A program made the translations under genes and the position numbers. From an uncultured Bacillota bacterium (GTDB taxonomy: Bacteria; Bacillota; Dethiobacteria; DTU022; UBA8154): 64,000 nt of DNA. Below the pieces are notes generated by a model. That model made no database searches and was not told where the DNA came from. It saw only the letters and a program-made list of their open reading frames with translations. Below, piece by piece: positions 18,823 to 28,769 of the stretch (position 1 is the first letter of the stretch; each line of letters starts with the position of its first letter). The stretch covers positions 103,947 through 167,946 of the forward strand of contig CALJJZ010000035.1 in NCBI GenBank assembly GCA_937973635.1, in the 5' to 3' direction.

Positions 18823-21800
18823 TCAGGCTTTCGTCGTTAAATTTTCGGTCCTCTCTTTGTTCCTGTGATATTTTTCGCTCAGGGCGCGCAGCTCCCGAGC
18901 CACAGCGGGGGTAAGCTCTCCGCCCTTTAAACGCCAGCCCCAGTTGCCTTCCACCATGCCGGGGGTATTCATACGCGCGCTGCTGTCCAGGGAAAGGACG
19001 TCCTGCAAAGGAAGGATTACCAGGGCGGCATCACTGGCCATGGCGGCATCGATAAAATAGCGGCAGATCTTTTCCTTCTCCGCCTCCGCCGGCTCCCCTT
19101 CCTGCTTCTCTTCCCGCTGTGCGGCCTCCTCAGCGGGTGGGATCTCCCTGCCCCCGGCCAGGTACCAGCCTAGCAGAGTATTATTATCGTGGGTCCCGGT
19201 GTACAGGACTGTCTCCCGCTCAAACAGGGGCAGCTCCAATACGGCATCGAGGCGCGGTTCCAGCATAAACTGCATGACCTGCATCCCCGGGATACCCAGG
19301 CGCAGCTTCAGCGCCTGCACCTCCGGCGTGACCAGGCCGAGATCCTCGGCAATAAGGGGCAGCTCCCCCAGCTCTTCGCGCAGGCTCTTGAAAAATTTTT
19401 CCCCCGGCCCTTTTACCCATCTTCCCTTTTCCGCCGTCTTCTCGCCGGCGGGGATCTCCCAGTAGCGCTCAAGGCCCAGGAAATGATCGATACGGACAAA
19501 ATCCACCAGCTCCAGCAGCACCTGCAGGCGCTCCTTCCACCAGCGAAAGCCCTCTTCTTCCATTTTGTCCCAACGATAGTGGGGGTTGCCCCAGAGCTGC
19601 CCCGTTTCGCTGAAGTAGTCAGGGGGCACGCCGGCCATGAAGAGGGGGTCTCCCTCCTCGTTAAGGGCAAAGAGGTGGGGCCTGCTCCATACGTCGCTGC
19701 TGTCATGGGCTACAAAAAGGGGCAGGTCGCCGATGATCCTGACCCCTTGTTTATGGGCGTAGTCTTTCAGTTCCAGCCACTGGCGGAAAAAGAGGTACTG
19801 GAGAAATTTCTGATAAGCGATCTCCGCGGCCAGCAACGCCCTGAAGCGCTCCAGGGCTTCCGCCTGGCGGAAAGCCGCCTCTCGTTCCCAGCGGTTCCAG
19901 GGCCTGCCTCCAAAATGTTTTTTTAAGGCCATAAACAGGGCAAAATCATCCAGCCACCGGGCATGGGCCGCGCAAAAAGCAAGGTAAGCCGCGTCATCGC
20001 CACCGTTGAAGCGGGAAAAGGCGCGGCGCAGCAGCTTTTCCTTTCCTTCCTGGACCGCGGCAAAATCTACAAAGCCCTCGGAGTGGCGCGGCACGTCCTT
20101 TAGCTCCTCCTGGTGCAGCAGACCCTCCTCCATCAGCCTGCGCAGGTCAATAAGCAGAGGATTGCCGGCAAAGGCGGAAAAACACTGATAGGGGGAGTTG
20201 CCATAAGCCGGCGGGTTTAAGGGCAGTATTTGCCAGTAAGACTGCCTGCTCTCCTTCAGAAAGTCAATAAAGGCATAGGCCTCCGCCCCCAGATCGCCGA
20301 TTCCTCCCGGAGAAGGCAAAGAAGTGGGGTGAAGCAAAATGCCGCTCTCCCGCCTAGCCAGCCGGTTTGCTCCCCAGCGGTCACGGAGCAGGAGGCGCCC
20401 CTCCAAGGGCCCCAGGGTAAGCCTGAGCCGGCCATCTTCAAGGGCGAGCTCGCGGTAATGATCCAGGGGATCGACGAGGACTCCCCCGCACCAGGGGCTC
20501 AGGTCCAGGTCAAAGGCGGCCTCTCTCTCCGGCTCCCGGTTGAGCAGGACAATGGCCATATTGTCCATTTTTTCCTGACCGAAAACATCCACGCCGCCTT
20601 TAATCTCCCGCACATACGCATAGGCCCCGCCGGCGGCGTAAACGTTTTTCCAGGAACCGCTGCGCAGGACGTCATAATGATTGCGCAGGGCGATCATCGT
20701 TTGAAAATATCTCCGGACCTCCTCGTTTTCCAGGCCCCAGGGGTAGGAGCTTCTATTCTCCGGGTCTTCGCCCCCCTCCATGACCCCTGTCTCGTCGCCA
20801 TAATAAATACAGGGAACCCCGGGGAAAGTCATCTGCCATAAAACAAAAAGCTTAAGGCGGGCCAGCTTGAGAGCTTCCTCCTTTTCCTGCGGGAGGTCGG
20901 CGGGAAGGCCGGCCCTAAGCTCCGTCAAAAGGCGGGCACAGTCATGGCTGCCGGTCATATTCACGGCGCTGTAAAAATGCTGCAGCGGGTAATTTTCGTA
21001 CAAATTCATAATTTCCTGCTGCACTTTTTCCGCCTCGGCACGGCCAAGGATAAAGTCCAGCATCAAGCGGCGCAGGGGATAGTTGGTGACGCTGTCAAGC
21101 TCCAGGCCCAAAAGGTAATCCCTTCTCTCTCCATAGCTGATCTTGTTGGAGGCATCTTCCCATACTTCCCCCAGGAGCACGGCTCCGGGATCCAGCTCCT
21201 TCAGCGTCCGGCGCAATTCCTGCAGGAAGGGGCCCGGAAGCTCATCGGCAACATCCAGGCGCCAGCCTTTAATCCCCATGCGGTGCCAGTGACGCAGCAC
21301 GCTGTTCTCGCCGGAGATGATAAATTTACGGTAAGAGGGTTCCATCTCGTTTACATTGGGAAGGGTATCAATGCCCCACCAGCATTCGTAATCGTCGGGG
21401 TGCCGGCGAAAGCGGTACCAGGCATAATAGGGCGATGCCGTGGACTGCCAGGCGCCCAAGGTGTTATAATTCCCTTCTTTATTGAAATATATACTGTCAC
21501 TGCCCGTATGGCTGAAGACGCCGTCCAGGATTATGCTTATGCCCATCCTGGCCGCTTCCGCGCATAACTCTTTAAAGCAGTCGTTGTCGCCGAACATGGG
21601 GTCGATAGTATGATAATCGGCTGTGTCGTACTTGTGGTTGCTGGGAGAAGCAAAAATGGGGTTGAGATAAAGGGCCCGTACACCTAGGTGTTTTAAGTAG
21701 GGGAGCTTGTCCCTGACCCCGGCAAGGTTGCCTCCGAAAAAGTCCCAGCGTGCCACCCTGTTTGTGCCCGGTTCGCGGATATAATAGGGGGTGTTATCCC

Positions 21801-22302
21801 AGCGCCCGTGCAGCATGCTGTTATGCCTGGGGTTAAGGACCCTGCCGTCGGGGTTGCCGTTATAGAAGCGGTCTACAAAAATCTGGTAAAGGACGCCGTC
21901 CCTGAACCAGGGGGGGGCGGCTTCGGCCCCCGGCTGATAGACAGTGAGCTGGTAAGAGGGGGGCTCCGTCTCCCGGAGCAGGCCCAGCCCGCCGCCCGCA
22001 TCGCTGCGGCCGTAATAATACTCTCCCCTCTGTGTCTGAAGGATAAAATAATACCAGAGCAGGCCAGGCTGCTGCGGGGTGGTAAAAACAACCCTGTAAG
22101 CCCCCTCCTTACCTGCCCGGTGCATCTCCATGATCTCTTCCTTTTCTTCCTTTTCTTTCCAGAGGCGCAAAAAAACCTGCCGCACCCCGGCAGCAGTCCC
22201 GGCTTTCAGGGCCAGGGTCACGGCGGTACCGCAGGGAACAGCCCCAAAGGGCCGACGGCAGAAAGGATCATGGGAATTGTGCAGGATACCGAGCTCCGTC
22301 AT
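18823..22302 (-). CDS. malQ: Fusion of GH13 pullulanase/neopullulanase-type domain and GH77 4-alpha-glucanotransferase
   Basis: YQIFVDRF, GWRLDVADE, GEVWED, GSHD (GH13); then SGILLHPTSLP, WQILPLNP, GQLWGNP, RIDHFLG, AEDLG, TGTHDN (GH77). Confidence 0.92.
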   Translation of the reverse strand: MTELGILHNSHDPFCRRPFGAVPCGTAVTLALKAGTAAGVRQVFLRLWKEKEEKEEIMEMHRAGKEGAYRVVFTTPQQPGLLWYYFILQTQRGEYYYGRSDAGGGLGLLRETEPPSYQLTVYQPGAEAAPPWFRDGVLYQIFVDRFYNGNPDGRVLNPRHNSMLHGRWDNTPYYIREPGTNRVARWDFFGGNLAGVRDKLPYLKHLGVRALYLNPIFASPSNHKYDTADYHTIDPMFGDNDCFKELCAEAARMGISIILDGVFSHTGSDSIYFNKEGNYNTLGAWQSTASPYYAWYRFRRHPDDYECWWGIDTLPNVNEMEPSYRKFIISGENSVLRHWHRMGIKGWRLDVADELPGPFLQELRRTLKELDPGAVLLGEVWEDASNKISYGERRDYLLGLELDSVTNYPLRRLMLDFILGRAEAEKVQQEIMNLYENYPLQHFYSAVNMTGSHDCARLLTELRAGLPADLPQEKEEALKLARLKLFVLWQMTFPGVPCIYYGDETGVMEGGEDPENRSSYPWGLENEEVRRYFQTMIALRNHYDVLRSGSWKNVYAAGGAYAYVREIKGGVDVFGQEKMDNMAIVLLNREPEREAAFDLDLSPWCGGVLVDPLDHYRELALEDGRLRLTLGPLEGRLLLRDRWGANRLARRESGILLHPTSLPSPGGIGDLGAEAYAFIDFLKESRQSYWQILPLNPPAYGNSPYQCFSAFAGNPLLIDLRRLMEEGLLHQEELKDVPRHSEGFVDFAAVQEGKEKLLRRAFSRFNGGDDAAYLAFCAAHARWLDDFALFMALKKHFGGRPWNRWEREAAFRQAEALERFRALLAAEIAYQKFLQYLFFRQWLELKDYAHKQGVRIIGDLPLFVAHDSSDVWSRPHLFALNEEGDPLFMAGVPPDYFSETGQLWGNPHYRWDKMEEEGFRWWKERLQVLLELVDFVRIDHFLGLERYWEIPAGEKTAEKGRWVKGPGEKFFKSLREELGELPLIAEDLGLVTPEVQALKLRLGIPGMQVMQFMLEPRLDAVLELPLFERETVLYTGTHDNNTLLGWYLAGGREIPPAEEAAQREEKQEGEPAEAEKEKICRYFIDAAMASDAALVILPLQDVLSLDSSARMNTPGMVEGNWGWRLKGGELTPAVARELRALSEKYHRNKERTENLTTKA

Positions 22303-22386
22303 TAGGACACCACACTGCCTGGGACTTTGTTTAGTTTAAAGTACAGTTTAAAGCGCTGTTTAAATACAAGGCTAAGATTAAAGCAA

Positions 22387-24861
22387 TCATCCGGCCACTT
22401 CCCGGTATAAAGTCAGCGGGGGGAAGGGGTGTTCGCGCAGGACTACGGGGTTGGTTTTCCAGATCTCCCGGGCATACTCGGAGATGGTGCGGTCGCTGGA
22501 AAATTTGCCGGAGTGGGCGATATTGACAATACACATCTTTAACCAGCTGTCACGGTTACGGTAGGCCTGCTCGATCTCCTCCTGCGTCCCCACATAAGAA
22601 GGGAAATCCTTGAGCACAAAAAATTCATCATTATGATAAAGGAGTGACTTGTAGATGGTATTGAATTCCTGGGTCCCGCCGGGGAGAAACCCGTCGATCA
22701 TCTGCCCCAGGACCCTTTTAATCCTGGGTTCGCTGTTATATTGCTCCAGGGCATTGTAGCCCCCGTAGCTGTAATACCCCAGCACTTCGCTGGGCGTCAG
22801 GCCAAAGATAAACATATTATCCCTGCCCACTTCCTCCAGGATCTCAATATTGGCGCCATCCAGGGTCCCGATGGTCACAGCCCCGTTCATCATAAACTTC
22901 ATATTTCCCGTACCCGAGGCCTCTTTGCTCGCCGTGGATATCTGCTCGCTCACATCAGCGGCGGGGATGATCTTCTCCGCCAGGGAGACACGGTAATTCT
23001 CCAGGAAAGCCACCTTGATCCTGTCCTTAACCAGGGGGTCGGCATTAATGCGGGCAGCCACGGTGGAGATCAGCTTAATCGTCCGTTTGGCCAGGTGGTA
23101 CCCGGGCGCCGCTTTGCCGCTCAGGATAAAGGTGCGGGGGTAAATATCCAGGTCGGGGTTGTCACGGAGACGGTTATAGAGGTCCATAATATGCAGGACG
23201 TTGAGGATCTGGCGCTTATAAGCGTGGATACGCTTGACCTGAACCTGGAAAATGGACGACACGTCCACCTCAAGCTGACAGCTTTCCCGGATGAGCCGGG
23301 CCAGTTTTTGTTTATTCTCCAGCTTTATGCGGCCGATCTCTTCCCGGAAAGCGGCATCGTCAGCATACTTTTCCAGGTTGACCAGCTGCCAGGGTTCACG
23401 GATCCAGTCCGGGCCGATGGTTTCGCTGATCAGCTCTGCTAGGGCGGGATTGGCGCGCAAAAGCCAGCGCCGGTGCGTTATACCGTTGGTCTTGTTGTTG
23501 AACTTATGGGGAAAGGCCTCGTAAAAATTCTTCATTTCCCGCTGCTTGAGGATCTCTGTATGCACCTTTGCCACGCCGTTGACGCTGTAGCTCCCCGCGA
23601 TGGCCAGGTGGGACATCTTGACGCGGCCGTGGGCGATAATGGCCATACTGGCAATGCGGTCCCACTGTCCCGGGTACTTTTGCCACAGCTCCTGGCAGAA
23701 ACGCTCGTTCAACTCCTCGATAATCATATAGATCCGCGGCAGCAGTTCGCGCATCATCTCCACAGGCCAGGTTTCCAGCGCTTCCACCATGGTGGTATGG
23801 TTGGTATAGGAGATGGTCTGGCTGGTAAGCTCAAAGGCCTCGTCCCAGCCCAGCCCCTCCTCGTCCATGAGCAGACGCATCAGTTCGGCCACGGCCAGCG
23901 CCGGATGGGTATCGTTGATATGCACAGCCACCCTGCGGGAAAGCTCGCTGATGGGCCGCCCCTTTTTCTTCAGGCGGCGGATAATGCTCTGCAACCCGGC
24001 GGAGACAAAGAAATACTCCTGCTTGAGGCGCAAGAGCCGTCCCTCTTGGTGCGTATCGTCGGGATAGAGGAACTGGGAGATAGACTCGATGGCGTATTTG
24101 TATTCCAACACGCTCTGCTGGTTAGTATAGCCCAGATTTAAGGGGTTAAAGCAATCGGGGGTCTGCTCCGCACTCCAGAGGCGCAGGGTGTTAATCGTAT
24201 TATTGCGGTAGCCGGTGATGGGAATATCGTAGGGGACTGCTAGCACAGCCTCGTAGTCTTCATGGTGAAAGAGCAGCCTTGTCCCCGCGTCCTCTACCCT
24301 CACCCGGCCGCCAAAACGCACCTCCACAGCCTTTTCAGACTTGCGGATTTCCCAGACATTCCCCTCTTTAAGCCAGTACTCGGGGAGCTCCACCTGGTAA
24401 CCGTCCACCACTTTCTGTTCAAAAAGGCCGTATTTGTAACGGATGCCGCAGCCATGGCCGGGCAGAGAAAGGGAGGCCATGGAATCTAGAAAACAAGCGG
24501 CCAGGCGGCCCAGGCCCCCGTTGCCCAGCCCCGCATCCGGTTCCTGGGCCTCCAGGTCCGCCAGGTCAATGCCCAGCTCTTTTAACCCTGCTGCGCAGAC
24601 TTCCTGCAGCCCCAGGTTCAAAAGGTTGTTCCCCAGCAGGCGTCCCAGCAAAAATTCCATGGAAAAATAGTAAACTTCCCGCTCCTCCATCTCTCTGTAG
24701 TGCCTGTTTGTCTCGATCCAGTTTTTGGTGAGATGTTCCCGGACCATCGTCCCCAAGGTCAGATACTTCTCCATATCCGTTGCTTCTTCCAGGCTAACGC
24801 CGTGCATAATTTGAATTTTTTCCACAAAGGCCTCTTTAAAGCTCTCTTTACTCCTAAACAA
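22387..24861 (-). CDS. glgP: Glycogen phosphorylase
   Basis: GLGNGGLGRLAACF, INDTHP, KRIHAYKRQ, EASGTGNMK. Confidence 0.96.
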   Translation of the reverse strand: MFRSKESFKEAFVEKIQIMHGVSLEEATDMEKYLTLGTMVREHLTKNWIETNRHYREMEEREVYYFSMEFLLGRLLGNNLLNLGLQEVCAAGLKELGIDLADLEAQEPDAGLGNGGLGRLAACFLDSMASLSLPGHGCGIRYKYGLFEQKVVDGYQVELPEYWLKEGNVWEIRKSEKAVEVRFGGRVRVEDAGTRLLFHHEDYEAVLAVPYDIPITGYRNNTINTLRLWSAEQTPDCFNPLNLGYTNQQSVLEYKYAIESISQFLYPDDTHQEGRLLRLKQEYFFVSAGLQSIIRRLKKKGRPISELSRRVAVHINDTHPALAVAELMRLLMDEEGLGWDEAFELTSQTISYTNHTTMVEALETWPVEMMRELLPRIYMIIEELNERFCQELWQKYPGQWDRIASMAIIAHGRVKMSHLAIAGSYSVNGVAKVHTEILKQREMKNFYEAFPHKFNNKTNGITHRRWLLRANPALAELISETIGPDWIREPWQLVNLEKYADDAAFREEIGRIKLENKQKLARLIRESCQLEVDVSSIFQVQVKRIHAYKRQILNVLHIMDLYNRLRDNPDLDIYPRTFILSGKAAPGYHLAKRTIKLISTVAARINADPLVKDRIKVAFLENYRVSLAEKIIPAADVSEQISTASKEASGTGNMKFMMNGAVTIGTLDGANIEILEEVGRDNMFIFGLTPSEVLGYYSYGGYNALEQYNSEPRIKRVLGQMIDGFLPGGTQEFNTIYKSLLYHNDEFFVLKDFPSYVGTQEEIEQAYRNRDSWLKMCIVNIAHSGKFSSDRTISEYAREIWKTNPVVLREHPFPPLTLYREVAG

Positions 24862-24879
24862 TTACCCCTCCACCCCCTG

Positions 24880-26304
24880 TTATCCTACCAGTTGCCGGTA
24901 AAGATCCAGATATTGCTGTGCCGAAGCCTCCCAGCCGTGGTCCTCCTGCATGGCACCACAAACCAGCGTTTTCCAGGCATCATGGTTCCGGTAGACAGCC
25001 AGGGCCCTTTTTACCGTATTTATCATATCATAAGTAGCATAATGCTTAAAGGTGAATCCATTTCCCGTCCCCGCCGCCTCGTCGTAGTTACGGATCGTAT
25101 CCTTAAGCCCGCCCGTCTCCCGCACCACCGGTATAGCGCCATAGCGCAGGGCAATAAGCTGGCCGGTGCCGCAGGGTTCAAAGAGGGAAGGCATCAGGAA
25201 GAAATCGGCTCCGGCATAAATCTTGCGCGCCAGGGACTCGTCAAAAAAGATATTGACAGAAAGCTGTCCGGGGAAGCGCCCGGCCTGCTCTGCAAGAAAG
25301 CGGGTATATCTCTCTTCCCCTGTTCCCAGGAAAACCAGCTGTATGCCTGTGCCCAGGAGCTCAGCCAGCCCTTCCACAATTAAATCCACCCCCTTTTGCT
25401 CTACCATGCGGTTGATAAAGGCGCACAAGGGGACCTCCCCGTCCTTTTTCAGGCCCAGCTGTTCTTGCAGCAACAGCTTGTTCTGCTGCTTTTTGGAGAG
25501 GGAGCTACGGTAATTGACAAAAATATCCGGGTCCGTGGCCGGATTGTAGGCAGTACGGTCAATGCCGTTGACAATACCGCGCAGTTGCGCGCTGCGCTGC
25601 TGCAATATCCCCTCCATGCCGTACCCGTAGCCGGGCTGCTGAATCTCCTGCGCATAGCTGGGAGAAACGGTCGTAAGGTAATCGGAAAAAACCAGTCCCC
25701 CTTTGAGGAAGCTAACCTGGCCGTAAAACTCCAGGGCCGACACGGTAAAGTAGCTTTCGTCCAGCTCCAGCAGGTCTTCAAGGATTTCCCGGGGGAAATT
25801 CCCCTGGTAGAGGATATTGTGGATGGAGAAAACGGTCTTAATCTTCCGGCACAGAGGGTCAGCGGCGTAGTGTGAACGGAGAAAAACGCTGACAGGGCCG
25901 GTATGCCAGTCATGGCAATGCAGAATATCGGGTATAAAGTCCAGGCTGGAAAGGGACTGAAGCACGGCCCGGCAGAAAAAGGCAAAGCGCTCCGCATCGT
26001 CATAAAAACCATAAAGGCCGCTGCGGTGAAAATAATAGGGGTTCTCGATAAAATAAAAGGGCACCGCCCGGTAATCCAGGCGCTTCAGTTCACAGTACTG
26101 GTAACGCCAGCTCAGCGTAACCATTACTTTTTGCAGGCGGGACATATTGGCATAAGCATGGGGATCCTGCCCGTAACAGGGCATAATTACCCGGGCGTCC
26201 ACGCCCAGCCGGCGCAACGCAGCCGGCAGGGAACCCACTACATCGGCAAGTCCTCCCGTCTTGGCAAAGGGAAAAGCCTCCGCGGCCACAAACAACACTT
26301 TCAT
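24880..26304 (-). CDS. glgA: Glycogen synthase
   Basis: KTGGLADV, HCHDWH, PSLFEPCG, TGGLKDT. Confidence 0.96.
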   Translation of the reverse strand: MKVLFVAAEAFPFAKTGGLADVVGSLPAALRRLGVDARVIMPCYGQDPHAYANMSRLQKVMVTLSWRYQYCELKRLDYRAVPFYFIENPYYFHRSGLYGFYDDAERFAFFCRAVLQSLSSLDFIPDILHCHDWHTGPVSVFLRSHYAADPLCRKIKTVFSIHNILYQGNFPREILEDLLELDESYFTVSALEFYGQVSFLKGGLVFSDYLTTVSPSYAQEIQQPGYGYGMEGILQQRSAQLRGIVNGIDRTAYNPATDPDIFVNYRSSLSKKQQNKLLLQEQLGLKKDGEVPLCAFINRMVEQKGVDLIVEGLAELLGTGIQLVFLGTGEERYTRFLAEQAGRFPGQLSVNIFFDESLARKIYAGADFFLMPSLFEPCGTGQLIALRYGAIPVVRETGGLKDTIRNYDEAAGTGNGFTFKHYATYDMINTVKRALAVYRNHDAWKTLVCGAMQEDHGWEASAQQYLDLYRQLVG

Positions 26305-26387
26305 TGTTGATCAGCCTCCCCCATTTTAAAAGCACGCTTAGCGCATACCGGCGCGCCTTCCAATTAAGATCCGGGATCAACCAGGGC

Positions 26388-27503
26388 CTAAATAATTTTC
26401 CTCTTCTCTGCCACCAGGGGCAGCTCCGCCGTCCCGCTGACCGTTTGGCCCGGCGACACGCACACGTCTTTGTCCAGAATTACCCGGTTAAGCACGGCGC
26501 CGGTGCCAATTTCACATTTTTGCATGACAATACTGTCCTTGATATACGCTCCGGGCTGGACTTTAACTCCCCGGAATAAAATGCTATTTTCCACAGTGCC
26601 GCCAACTATGCAGCCGTTGGCCAAAAGAGAGTTTGTAACGGAGGAGCCTTTCAGGTAACGGGTGGGCGGTTCGTCTTTGATTTTCGTATGGATAAGCCCG
26701 GGGAAAAAAAATAGCTCCTCCCAAATTTCCCGCTGCAGCAGCTCCATACTGTGGCGGTAATAAAGTTCTATGGTATCGATCACGGCAGTGTACCTTTCCA
26801 GCAAATAGGCGTAAACTTTAAATCTCCGCAGGTTCGGCATAATAACTCCTGTGAGCAGGTCTGTGCCTCCATTATGTAAGTTCTTTTCCGCCAGTTCCAG
26901 GAGCAGGTTTTTGGAAAGGATATAGATCTCCAAGAGTATGCTGCTATTCTCCGGCTGTTTTTCTTTCTCCGTAATGGCCAGGACCCTACCCCTTTCGTCC
27001 AACTCCAGGCAAAGCCGCGGCATCCCCCCGGCGGCGGCAACCCTTTCGCTGTAAAAAACCGTTATCTCCGCTCCCTTTTCCTGATGATAACGTACCGCCT
27101 CTTTAAAAGCGATATTACAGACGATATTGGCAGCGGCCACCACAACGGTTTTCTGGCTGCTCCGGTCAAAGTAGTCCCTGTGGGCAAAAAAACTGTTCAG
27201 GTCAAAATCAGGCAGGGAAGGGGCGTCCAGGGTATGGGGCGGCAGGATAATCAGGCCGTCCTGTTTGCGGCTCAGATCCCAGCTCCGGCCCGAGCCCAGG
27301 TGATCCATAAGGGAACGATATTTCTCCCGGGTAAAGACAGCCACATTTTGCATCCCTGAGTTGGCCATACTGGAAAGGACAAAATCCACGAGCCGGTACT
27401 TACTGCCAAAAGGGACGGAAGCAATACAGCGGGGGCCGGTAAGCGCCCCCAGGAGGTCGCCGCTTTTACTGCTGACATTGATTACGCCCATAACATCTTT
27501 CAT
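26388..27503 (-). CDS. glgD: Glucose-1-phosphate adenylyltransferase subunit GlgD
   Basis: ASVPFGSKYRLVDF, YRSLMDHLGSG, HTKIKDEPPT; follows glgC. Confidence 0.92.
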   Translation of the reverse strand: MKDVMGVINVSSKSGDLLGALTGPRCIASVPFGSKYRLVDFVLSSMANSGMQNVAVFTREKYRSLMDHLGSGRSWDLSRKQDGLIILPPHTLDAPSLPDFDLNSFFAHRDYFDRSSQKTVVVAAANIVCNIAFKEAVRYHQEKGAEITVFYSERVAAAGGMPRLCLELDERGRVLAITEKEKQPENSSILLEIYILSKNLLLELAEKNLHNGGTDLLTGVIMPNLRRFKVYAYLLERYTAVIDTIELYYRHSMELLQREIWEELFFFPGLIHTKIKDEPPTRYLKGSSVTNSLLANGCIVGGTVENSILFRGVKVQPGAYIKDSIVMQKCEIGTGAVLNRVILDKDVCVSPGQTVSGTAELPLVAEKRKII

Positions 27504-27570
27504 TACTCTTCCCCTTTCCCGGCAGGAATATGGCAGAGACAGCTTCCTAAATAGCGCTGCTGTCAGATCT

Positions 27571-28737
27571 TCAACTGTTGATAAAGGTGTTCTCCTGAAT
27601 AATCATGTTTTCTTCTACCAGGATAATTTGTGGCGCAGCCCCAGTCCTGTCGTCGTAGATGCGGCAGCCGTCTTTAATCACCGTGTTCTCATCGATAATC
27701 GCCCTTTTAACCTGCACATTACGGCCAATGCGCACGTACGGCATGATTACCGCGTCCTCAATCAACGATCCTTCCCCCACGCGCACGCCGGTAAAGAGGA
27801 CGGAATGGCGCACCGTCCCTGCGACGGTGCAGCCCTCGCTAACCAGCGATTGTTCCACACTGGCCGTAGCGGTAAGGAGCTGGGGCGGCTGACTGGGGTT
27901 AACGGTATAAATACGCCAGCTATGGTCGTCCAGCTTGAGGGCAGGTTCTGGCTCCAGCAGGTCCATATTGGCCTCCCAGAGAGACTCTACCGTTCCCACG
28001 TCTTTCCAGTAACCATAAAAGCGGTAGGCATACATCCGACAGCCTTCATGCAGCATTAAAGGGATCACATCGCCGCCAAAATCGTTCCGGGAAAGGGGGT
28101 TTTTATCGTCTTTTTTAAGATATTTTCCCAGGATCCTGCGGTTGAAGAGGTAGACCCCCATGGAAGCCAAGTTGCTGAGGGGCTGCTTCGGCTTTTCGGC
28201 AAACTGGATGATCCGGCCGTCTCCATCCGTGTTCAAGACGCCAAAACGGCTTGCTTCCTTCCAGGGGACCTCGATTACGGCGATGGTCACATCGGCTTCT
28301 TTTTCTTTGTGGTATTTAAGCATCAGGGAATAATCCATTTTATAAATATGGTCCCCGGAGAGGATGAGGACATAACGGGGCCTGTGCTGTTCAATAAAAT
28401 AAAGGTTTTGAAAAACGGCGTTGGCCGTACCGCGGTACCATTTTCCTCCTTTCTCCTGGACAAAAGGCGGCAAGATGGTTAGACCCCCTTCCTTGCGGTC
28501 AAGGTCCCAAGGGATGCCTATGCCCAGGTGCGAATTGAGAATCAGGGGCTTATACTGGGTCAGTACGCCTACGGTATAGATCCCCGAGTTGGTGCAGTTG
28601 CTCAGCGTAAAATCAATAATGCGGTACTTGCCGCCAAAAGGCACCGCCGGCTTCGCCAGCTCCTTGGTCAGAAAGCCCAGCCTGCGCCCTTCCCCGCCGG
28701 CCAGCAGCATGGCCACACATTCCTTTTCTTTAACCAC
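27571..28737 (-). CDS. glgC: Glucose-1-phosphate adenylyltransferase GlgC
   Basis: [52 protein letters not shown]. Confidence 0.96.
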   Translation of the reverse strand: MVKEKECVAMLLAGGEGRRLGFLTKELAKPAVPFGGKYRIIDFTLSNCTNSGIYTVGVLTQYKPLILNSHLGIGIPWDLDRKEGGLTILPPFVQEKGGKWYRGTANAVFQNLYFIEQHRPRYVLILSGDHIYKMDYSLMLKYHKEKEADVTIAVIEVPWKEASRFGVLNTDGDGRIIQFAEKPKQPLSNLASMGVYLFNRRILGKYLKKDDKNPLSRNDFGGDVIPLMLHEGCRMYAYRFYGYWKDVGTVESLWEANMDLLEPEPALKLDDHSWRIYTVNPSQPPQLLTATASVEQSLVSEGCTVAGTVRHSVLFTGVRVGEGSLIEDAVIMPYVRIGRNVQVKRAIIDENTVIKDGCRIYDDRTGAAPQIILVEENMIIQENTFINS

Positions 28738-28769
28738 CCTGGCAGCCCCCCTTGTATATATACTCTAAA

